Assembly: GCA_964645245.1 (NCBI GenBank)
Contig: CAZYBS010000005.1
Span: forward strand, 1 to 51,873
Direction of reading: 5' to 3'
DNA from: an uncultured Candidatus Saccharibacteria bacterium
GTDB lineage: Bacteria > Patescibacteriota > Minisyncoccia > Phycocordibacterales > UBA9973
DNA length: 51,873 bases
Shown here: positions 8,196 through 16,100 of the stretch, in pieces
Layout of the letters: every line of letters begins with the position of its first letter
How positions within the stretch are numbered: position 1 is the first letter of the stretch
Made by a program: the position numbers and the translations under genes
The notes under the pieces: model-generated
The model's input: the letters and a program-made list of their open reading frames with translations, nothing else
Told to the model about the DNA's origin: nothing
Databases searched by the model: none

Positions 8196-9125
8196 ATGAT
8201 TACGCCAGAACTTATAGGATACATACGGTCAGAATTTGCCAAGGGGAAAACACGCGAAAAAATTCGCGCAGTGCTAGTTGCTGACGGCGGATGGAGTGAA
8301 GCTGATTTAAGTGAAGCATTTAGGACAGTAATTCCAATGCAAGGTTTTATTGCTCCTAAAACAAAATTACCCTTATCATTGTGGAAAATTTGTTTGACTT
8401 TTGTTGTCATAGGCGGATTTTGTTTTGCTGTCTGGTATTTCTATCGTGCCCCGGTGATATCCATGTGGAATTCTTTAGTGAAAAATATAACAGAATTATC
8501 AATACCAAAATTATCGATACCTTATTTTGATACTAAAAAAACTAATAACGTGAAAAATACAACTGCCCAGAATAATACAGCGGCAGTACAAAATAATACG
8601 CCAATCAAACAGCCGGAGGTCGTAATCAAAGATTGTGGAATTGGTATAGCGCCGGACCTGAAAAATCCTCGGACCTACCAGAATGATGCAGTATTAACTT
8701 GTTTGGGTAATAGCGCATTAGGCTGCGAAGATGCTAAAGCTGTTTTGAAAAACGCTTTATTCCCAACAATTTTTCAAATTGCCAGAGAAAGTATAAGAGG
8801 TCAAAATACTTGCAACTTTAGATTATCGTATGGGAAGGATAATACTCTGATTGATGTTGTCGGCAAGAAATTGGCCGGTCAGTCTATTTCATGTCCTATT
8901 AGTCTGGTTAAGGCGCTGGATGAGAGCAGTCCGAAGACTTCATTGTTTAAGGCTCCCAGCCAAGATAACCCAAGTAAATATGCCAGCCAAATATATTTTT
9001 ATGGAACCATCGGTTTATTTATAGAGAATGCTATTGATAAAAATAAAATTCGGGCTCTCGGTTGCGAGGGGGAATATATTGACTCGGTAGTAGAGAGTTA
9101 TGGTAAAATGCAGTCTAAGAAATAA
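8196..9125 (+). CDS. membrane-anchored hypothetical protein with a Cys-containing extracellular domain
   Basis: Small N-terminal helical domain (GWS..D), one TM segment, N/T-rich linker; lies between lemA and htpX. Confidence 0.8.
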   Translation: MITPELIGYIRSEFAKGKTREKIRAVLVADGGWSEADLSEAFRTVIPMQGFIAPKTKLPLSLWKICLTFVVIGGFCFAVWYFYRAPVISMWNSLVKNITELSIPKLSIPYFDTKKTNNVKNTTAQNNTAAVQNNTPIKQPEVVIKDCGIGIAPDLKNPRTYQNDAVLTCLGNSALGCEDAKAVLKNALFPTIFQIARESIRGQNTCNFRLSYGKDNTLIDVVGKKLAGQSISCPISLVKALDESSPKTSLFKAPSQDNPSKYASQIYFYGTIGLFIENAIDKNKIRALGCEGEYIDSVVESYGKMQSKK

Positions 9126-9129
9126 TTTA

Positions 9130-9202
9130 CCTGTCCCGTACTAAAATTTTGATTACGTACGTGACCATTATAATTAACAACTTAAATTTTTAGTACTGGG
9201 AT
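9130..9202. repeat. inverted-repeat element CCTGTCCCGTAC...GTACTGGGAT
   Basis: Arms 9134-9150 and 9184-9201; termini resemble those of the element at 30923-30957. Confidence 0.65.
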
Positions 9203-10118
9203 GGCAACGCTTTATACACAGCAATCAAAAAACGTGACAAAAACATGGCTGCTGATGACAGTGTTTTTTGTCGTGGTTATTGGACTTGGCTATTTTGTAA
9301 GTTTTTATTATAACAATCCGAATATTCTTTATTTCTTTGTTCTATTCAGTATCGTGATGAATATTTTTTCCTATTGGTTCTCGGATAAAATTGCCCTTAA
9401 GCTTGCGGGAGCTAAGCCGGCCAAAAGAGAAGAAAATTTTATTTTATATACGAGCGTTGAAAATCTTTCTATTACTGCCGGACTTCCAATGCCAAAGGTG
9501 TATATCATAAATGATCCAGCGCCGAATGCTTTTGCAACCGGGCGGGATAAAGAGCATGCCGTGGTCGCGGTGACCACCGGACTTCTTTCTATCCTGGAAA
9601 AGCCGGAGCTTGAAGGAGTGTTGGCACACGAGATGAGTCACATCGGTAATCGAGATATGCTTCTCTCCACCGTGGTCGTGGTTTTGGCCGGTTTTATTTC
9701 AATAATTTCAGATATTTTCCGCCGGAATTTATTTTTCAGCCGAAACAGAGATGACAATAAGGCTAATGCCGTATTTATGATTGTCGGCATTGTTTTATCT
9801 ATCCTGGCGCCGATTTTTGCTTTACTTATTCAATTGGCAATTTCTCGCAAACGTGAATTTCTGGCCGATGCATCCGGCGCGCTTCTGACTCGCTATCCGG
9901 AAGGGTTGGCCAGTGCACTGCGCAAAATTTCCAAATATCAAAAACCGATGGCTCGCCAATCCAGCGCCATTGCGCACCTTTACATTGCCGACCCCCGCCC
10001 GCATGACTCGCGTCAGCGTGTCGGGCAGGCCAAGGGCTCGGGTTTTGGCAAAAAAATTGGCGGTTTTTTTGCCACGCATCCGCCCGTGGAAGAGCGAATA
10101 AAGGCTTTGATTGGATAG
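9201..10118 (+). CDS. htpX: zinc metalloprotease HtpX
   Basis: PNAFATG, HEMSH, ISRKREFLAD and ATHPP..ERI motifs; 36-nt in-frame insertion at 9994-10029. Confidence 0.95.
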   Translation: MATLYTQQSKNVTKTWLLMTVFFVVVIGLGYFVSFYYNNPNILYFFVLFSIVMNIFSYWFSDKIALKLAGAKPAKREENFILYTSVENLSITAGLPMPKVYIINDPAPNAFATGRDKEHAVVAVTTGLLSILEKPELEGVLAHEMSHIGNRDMLLSTVVVVLAGFISIISDIFRRNLFFSRNRDDNKANAVFMIVGIVLSILAPIFALLIQLAISRKREFLADASGALLTRYPEGLASALRKISKYQKPMARQSSAIAHLYIADPRPHDSRQRVGQAKGSGFGKKIGGFFATHPPVEERIKALIG

Positions 10119-10123
10119 CTTCG

Positions 10124-10196
10124 TTGGTGTAAATTTTTTCCTCCTGCGCCCTTCGCCTTTGGCGTGGGACCCTCGGAGATAAAAAATTTACACCAA
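10124..10196. repeat. long inverted repeat (terminator or MITE-like)
   Basis: Perfect 16-bp arms TTGGTGTAAATTTTTT / AAAAAATTTACACCAA around a GC-rich core. Confidence 0.7.
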
Positions 10197-10221
10197 GCTA
10201 CGCTTTTGTTATACTCTTGAT

Positions 10222-10494
10222 ATGGACATTAAAGATGTAGAAAACCTGGCAAAACTTGCCAGAATTGAGCTTTCAGAAGATGAAAAAAGAGAGATATTTT
10301 CGGATATGAAAGGTATTTTGGAGTATGTAAAAGTTATTGAGGGAGTTAAAACAGGGGATGTAAAGCCAGAATACAAACTCTATAATATTTGGCGAGAAGA
10401 CAGGGAAGAACCTCGGGAATTTTCTCCTGAACTTATTATAAAACAATTCCCAGATGCCAAAGATGATTTTCTAAAAGTGAAAAAGATCTTATGA
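10222..10494 (+). CDS. gatC: Asp/Glu-tRNA amidotransferase subunit C
   Basis: DVENLAKLARIEL, WRED and FLKVKKIL motifs; overlaps gatA. Confidence 0.93.
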   Translation: MDIKDVENLAKLARIELSEDEKREIFSDMKGILEYVKVIEGVKTGDVKPEYKLYNIWREDREEPREFSPELIIKQFPDAKDDFLKVKKIL

Positions 10495-11897
10495 TTGATT
10501 TAACTACTCTTACTATTGCTAAAGCCCGAGCTAAACTTGATGCCAAAGAATTTTCCGCGGTTCAGCTGGCACAGGCATATCTTAATGAAATTGAAAAGAA
10601 AAATAGGGAATTAAATGTGTATTTGGAAGTGTACGATGATGTGCTGGAGCAAGCAAAAGTGGCCGACGAAATAATCGCCAGGGGAGAGTCTTACCCGCTT
10701 CTTGGCATTCCGCTTGCAGTTAAAGACGTCATTTTAATCAAGGGCCGGCGTGTCTCGGCCGGGTCTAAAATTTTAGAAAATTACACGGCTTCTTATGACG
10801 CTACGGTGATAGCTAAGTTAAAAAAACAAGGCGCAGTATTTTTAGGCAGAACGAATATGGATGAGTTTGCCATGGGAGGGTCAACAGAGAATTCTGCTTA
10901 CGGAGTAACAAAAAATCCGCATGATACCAGTAGAGTGCCGGGAGGTACTTCCGGCGGTTCAGCGGCTGCTGTAACTAGTAATATGGCGCTGGCGGCATTA
11001 GGTTCGGACACCGGTGGGTCACTTCGTCTACCATCTTCCTTTTGCGGAGTTATCGGGATGAAACCCACTTATGGCAAGGTCTCTCGTTATGGTCTTATAG
11101 CGGCAGTTTCTTCTTTTGATGTTATTGGTTCGATTGCAAAAACAGTAGAAGATGCTCGGATTTTATTTGAAGCGATAAAAGGGCGGGATGTTTTAGACAG
11201 TACCTCCATTGATTTAAATTCTACTCCCGAAAAATTTTCTCAAGTTCAAACAATAGGTGTACCGTGGGACCTGGTGAATCAAGAGGGGATTGACCCATAT
11301 ATCAAAGAGAATTTTAAAGCGGCGGTTAAAAATCTTGAAAGTCTAGGATATCAAATTAAAGATATTAAATTACCTAATTACCTTGCTTTATATTACATTA
11401 TCAACTTTGCTGAAGTTTCAACCAATCTGGCTCGTTTTGACGGAGTCAGATATGGTTTGCATATTGACGGCCAGAATTTACTTGATGATTATTTATTAAC
11501 CCGGGGTACTGGTTTCGGCAAGGAAGCTAGAAGAAGAATTCTTCTCGGCACTTATGTACTTTCGGCCGGTTATTATGATGCTTATTATGGCAAGGCCCAA
11601 AAGGCCCGCTTAGCTTTGAAAAAAGAATTCAAAGAATTATTTTCTAAGATTGATTTGATACTAACTCCCACCTCTCCCATAGTTCCTTGGAAAATAGGAG
11701 AGAAAAGCGATCCGCTTTCCATGTACCTTGTAGATATTTTCACGGTTACCGCCAATCTGGTCGGCGTGCCGGCTATTTCTTTACCATCCGGTCTTATTGA
11801 AATAGAGGCTAAAAAATTACCGTTAGGAATTCAGTTTATGGCACCGCATGGGGCAGAGGATATGCTTTTTGAAATCGGGAAGAAATTTATGATATAA
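10491..11897 (+). CDS. gatA: Asp/Glu-tRNA amidotransferase subunit A
   Basis: Amidase signature GGTSGGSAAA, GSDTGGS, RFDGVRYG and RRILLGTYVLSAGYYDAYY. Confidence 0.97.
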   Translation: MIDLTTLTIAKARAKLDAKEFSAVQLAQAYLNEIEKKNRELNVYLEVYDDVLEQAKVADEIIARGESYPLLGIPLAVKDVILIKGRRVSAGSKILENYTASYDATVIAKLKKQGAVFLGRTNMDEFAMGGSTENSAYGVTKNPHDTSRVPGGTSGGSAAAVTSNMALAALGSDTGGSLRLPSSFCGVIGMKPTYGKVSRYGLIAAVSSFDVIGSIAKTVEDARILFEAIKGRDVLDSTSIDLNSTPEKFSQVQTIGVPWDLVNQEGIDPYIKENFKAAVKNLESLGYQIKDIKLPNYLALYYIINFAEVSTNLARFDGVRYGLHIDGQNLLDDYLLTRGTGFGKEARRRILLGTYVLSAGYYDAYYGKAQKARLALKKEFKELFSKIDLILTPTSPIVPWKIGEKSDPLSMYLVDIFTVTANLVGVPAISLPSGLIEIEAKKLPLGIQFMAPHGAEDMLFEIGKKFMI

Positions 11898-11906
11898 TTT
11901 ATACAT

Positions 11907-12527
11907 ATGAATCCAAATCCCATTTTAGAAAATTCAGCTCTTGGCTCAAAATTTTTTAATCCGGATTACTTATTTAATCAAGGTCTTACATTTTTTCGTA
12001 ATCTTTTTGGCTATAGTACTGAAATAATATCTGTTTACCATACCATCCTTTTTTTTCTGGCAATGTTTTTTCTTACCATTATCTCTTATACTGCAATCCG
12101 AATGTTTGAAATTAGAAAGAAGGAACGCAAACATTTAGAACGTGAAATTGCCGAATACGCACACCGTCAGGCAGAAAGAGAAAAAAAATCTAAAGAAACA
12201 GAAGAAGTGTCCAGGAATCCTCAATGGGTAAAAACTCTAAGTTATCTTTTCTCACAGCATGCCAGCGATTGGAAACTGGCGGTTATTGAAGCTGATTCTA
12301 TGCTGGAGGACTTGATGAGTCAAATGGGATTTAAGGGCGAAACTTTGGGAGATAAGCTAAAATCAGCCGATCAAATTAAATTTCGCAATCTTCCTTCAGC
12401 TTGGGAAGTGCACACCGTCCGAAACAGGATAGCTCACGAGGGCGTGGCTTTTGAACTGACCCAGCGTGAAGCCAAAAGGATTATTGCCATTTATGAGCAA
12501 ATTTTTCGCGAGTATGGGTATATCTAA
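11907..12527 (+). CDS. membrane-anchored hypothetical protein with a HEPN-like C-terminus
   Basis: One TM segment, coiled region, WKLAVIEAD and RNRIAH (RxxxxH). Confidence 0.85.
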   Translation: MNPNPILENSALGSKFFNPDYLFNQGLTFFRNLFGYSTEIISVYHTILFFLAMFFLTIISYTAIRMFEIRKKERKHLEREIAEYAHRQAEREKKSKETEEVSRNPQWVKTLSYLFSQHASDWKLAVIEADSMLEDLMSQMGFKGETLGDKLKSADQIKFRNLPSAWEVHTVRNRIAHEGVAFELTQREAKRIIAIYEQIFREYGYI

Positions 12528-12530
12528 TTG

Positions 12531-12852
12531 TTGCGGGAGGCCGAATCGAACGGCCGTCTCAAGGTTATGCTTTACCACTTCAGTTTTCACTGCTTCATCC
12601 ACCGGCTGGCGGATTATTTGTGGTCTGGACTATACTATCTCCTTTCTAAAATAAATTAAAGATTAAGGAGTTCGCCATCTAGTCTCTACACATTTATCTC
12701 CGACCTGGGCCGGAAAATTTAGCTCGGAATTGTCTTTCTGTTAGCCGACAGAGAGGATTTCTCCGAATTTGACGAATGCACACCTCTGAGTTTCCCCGGA
12801 GGGGGCCCATATTTTAGTTGAGCCTTGCGAGATGCCTCTTCTCTATCCCGCT
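12531..12852 (-). tRNA. initiator tRNA-fMet(CAT), split by an intron (exons 12852-12821 and 12569-12531)
   Basis: Spliced sequence AGCGGGA TA GAGA AGAGGCA TCTC G CAAGG CT^CAT AA CCTTG AGAC GGCCG TTCGATT CGGCC TCCCGCA A; 1:72 mismatch and A11:U24 are initiator features. Confidence 0.93.
12570..12820 (-). ncRNA. group I self-splicing intron, 251 nt, no ORF
   Basis: P1 GGCU^CA/UGGGCC with U.G at the splice site; core elements AAATTCGGAGAA, AATTCCGAGC, GTAGAGACTAGATGG and GTATAGTCC; terminal G. Confidence 0.92.
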
Positions 12853-12933
12853 GTTTAATCATACTATAAAATTTTTGCTTTAAGCGCAAGCCTTCTATTT
12901 TTATAAATTTTCTGTTATTATATTTCTTATATT

Positions 12934-13004
12934 GCCGGCGTAGTTTAATGGTAAAACAAGAGACTCATAAGCTCTGGAAGATGGTTCGATTCCATCCGTC
13001 GGCA
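12934..13004 (+). tRNA. tRNA with CAT anticodon (elongator Met or Ile2)
   Basis: GCCGGCG/CGTCGGC acceptor stem, loop CTCATAA, T arm GATGG-TTCGATT-CCATC. Confidence 0.88.
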
Positions 13005-13041
13005 CAGCTGGATAGTCCAGAGTGTTAAAATTAAAAAGTTT

Positions 13042-13113
13042 GCGGCTGTAGCTCATCGGTAGAGTGCGCCCCTGTCACGGGCGAGGTAGCGGGATCAACA
13101 CCCGTCAGCCGCG
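13042..13113 (+). tRNA. tRNA-Asp(GTC)
   Basis: GCGGCTG/CAGCCGC acceptor stem, CGCCC-CTGTCAC-GGGCG anticodon arm, G73; atypical T loop ATCAACA. Confidence 0.9.
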
Positions 13114-13118
13114 CCGCG

Positions 13119-13147
13119 AAATTACAAAGGGTAATCCTTTGTGATTT
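13119..13147. terminator. hairpin between convergent tRNA-Asp and the large gene
   Basis: AAATTACAAAGG-gtaat-CCTTTGTGATTT. Confidence 0.65.
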
Positions 13148-13149
13148 GG

Positions 13150-16100
13150 TTATGGAGTTGGCGTCGGTTCCGGCGCTGGTTCTGCCTCGCCCGCCGTAGT
13201 TTCATCCGACGTGTCCGTTGTAGCTTCAGCGGAGTCGGAAGGCTGGGGTTCTGCTGGAGTTTCCTCCCCTCCTTGTGGAGGAGGGGTTAGGGTGGTGATT
13301 TCTCCCGCGGGCTCAGAATTACCACCTCCCTCGCTTGGAGCGAGGACTCCTCCTTCCAAAGGAGGAGAGGGCTCTTCCCCTCCTTGCCCCGCTGTGGCGG
13401 TGGCTTGATCAAGGAGGGGTGCCGGCTCGTCTGCCGGGGTGGTGTCAGTTGCGCATTCTCCAGGTGCTTTGTCAAACTCTCCATTCTTGATGGTCACGCA
13501 ATAGATGTCTCCAGTTTGAGCGTCTTTTATCTCTAATTCTTCGGTAATAACTTTTTTACTCTCAATTACATTAGCCAAAATACTCGCCACCTTCATCACC
13601 CCCTTCTCAAAGACAATCTCAAAAGCGTTCTTGAAGAAAGCGAGAATGGAGTCAAAGAAAGAGTTGCCGGTCTGGGTGCCATCTTCATTTACCTCAAAAG
13701 AGCCAAAACCGGGAGCCCAGTAAGAAAGATTCACAAAGGTTAAGATTTTATCTATGTTCTCGGTGGAGGCCTCCATGGCGATACCCAAACTTGGACCAGG
13801 ATAACTTTGCTTCATCGCATAGCCAGGTATTGTTTTAGACAAAGTCAGTCTGTCTCCCACCTTAATCTCTCCGTTCTCATTACTTATCTTTACCGGCACT
13901 CTACCGCTTAGAGCTATGGCTCTGGTATTCTCCGGAGACACGTCTCCCGGCCAGTCTTTGAGGGTTATTCCCGGCTTGGTTGACACGATGCCGAGTACTG
14001 TCTTGCCTGTGATGCTTGCTTTCTCCACGTATAGCTTTTCATCTGTTAGAGATACCACGTCTCCGGCATTGATGGTCTCATCATGCACCAGATGCTCTTC
14101 GGCCACGTCCGCGCCGCCGCTGGAGCCCCAGATGTAGCCCAGCAATTCAAATGAACCAATACCTGCTGAGACTCTCAAATACAACCCCTGATACTCCGTG
14201 CCAACTACGCCCATTTGTGCGCGAACTGTTCCGTCACTTCTAAACGCAGCTGCGCCTGCGTTCCCTGCGTCTGATGTGGTTTCGTAACCATCAGGTACTC
14301 CGGCCGCTGTATTGATAGCGCCTAAGGTATCACTGGCAGTCCACATGTCCCCCACCACTGGTCCTGGCGGCAGCCCAATACTTACGTCTGTAAGTGTAGG
14401 GATGGTTGCGGTCAGATTAGAAATTATTTCGTATCTATCGAGATAGCGAACCTCATGGTCAAAAGCTGAGAAGGCGTCAAAATTACTTCCGCTATCGTTG
14501 TATACCCACCCCACCTTCGCTTTCTGGTCGTAGCCGGTGGGCATGGTGACGGAAGTATCGTTGCGGGTGACGTAGATTTTGAAGCGATGGTCGCCGGACG
14601 TTTCGTTTGCCCAACTCGTGCCGTTATATAATTCTTGCGTACCGCGCGTGTATCCAGCATCGGTCGTGCCGCGCCATGAAATAAAGTTGGTGTCACTGAT
14701 TGCGTAGTCACCTTGCATGACCAAGTGGTAAGCGGTCAATGCAGACAGCGAAACTGGACTACGGAACACGAACCGGACCTGCTGGGCCGTTGTGCTCACC
14801 AGTGACACATCGAGCTTGTCTGATGTCGCAAGGACAGTTCCGCTTGGAAGTCCAGACGTATCACTTTGAACTTCCAGCCAGAATCGGCCAGTCGGTGAAG
14901 CATTTTTGACTACTTCGACATCGACGAACTCCACCAGACCGGCTGTATCATTCTGAAATTCCTGAGCGATGGCCGTGCGTGCCCCGGCGTCACGAAGCCC
15001 TTGACTTGACAGAAGAGTCCCGATGGCTTCCTCATCCTTGAAATAATCCTTGGCCCGATGCAGGAGCAGATTCTTCGTCCCATCGGATGATTTCCTGATG
15101 GCGTAGATTTCATACCAGGTGGAAGCGGCTTCTGCTCCGGTATCCAGTCCTCCGGCACCGGCAGTGGTAATGACAGCAGACAGGTCATCCCAGGTCGTGA
15201 CTCTGTTCCCCGTATCCATCACGATCTCATCCGCATGGTCCAGGGTAACGGTAGTCGCCGCTACATCAGCGTTGGGAGAGGTTCTTAGGGAAAGACCTTT
15301 GAAGTCTTGCGAGATGCCTTCTGTCTTGGTAGTCCAAGATAGTGCTCCGGAACCATTGGTGGTCAAGACTTGGCCACTGGTGCCGTCAGCAATAGGAAGA
15401 GTGTAAGTGACATTCCCGGCCTGGGCCGCTGCCTTGAAACCGGTGTAGTTTGTTCCTGAACCGGAAGGTTCCAGGAAACGGAATTCAGCTGCCGAGGTAG
15501 AACCTCCGAAGTTAAGGACAGTAGTGGCGGAAGCACCAATGTTAAGGGTCGTGGCCGCTCCGAAAGCATTGACTGTGGTAGCCGTAGTGTTAAGAAGAGC
15601 AAAGGTGGTTGAGTCGGTGGTTAGAGAGGTGGTTAACTGAGGAGAAGTGGCGAGGACTAGAGAGCCTGTTCCCGTCTGATTGGTGGTGGTTAAAGCCGTC
15701 CCTCCACCTAAAGCCAGGGAGGTTCCGGTGGCTACTCCCAAGGTTGGAGTAATAAGGGTCGGAGAAGTGGAGAAGACTAAAGAACCGGAGCCGGTTTCAT
15801 CACTAATCACTCCCAAGAGTTGCAGAGAAGTCGTAGCCGAGAAGATTGAGAGGTCATTGGTAGTTAAAGTCACTGTGCCTGTGGCATTGGGAAAAGTAAT
15901 CGTCCGGTCAGCCGTCGGATCAGTCAGAGCAAAAGTTGTTTCAAAGTCATTGGCGGTGCCTCCTTCCAGCACTAAGGGATTAGCTCCTAAGATGGTTCCG
16001 GTAAAAGTAAGGGTGTCGGTACTTGCATCCCCAAAGGTAGTATTGTCCTGGACAGTTAAGTTGCCGGCGATAGTAGTAGCCCCGGTGGAGGTGGAGCCGG

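Noticed and set aside
10222-11897. gatB missing beside gatCA
   Set aside because: gatB is often unlinked, and absence cannot be judged from one window.
12396-12654. ORFs overlapping the tRNA intron as a homing endonuclease
   Set aside because: They are short, cross exon boundaries and lack LAGLIDADG, HNH or GIY-YIG motifs.
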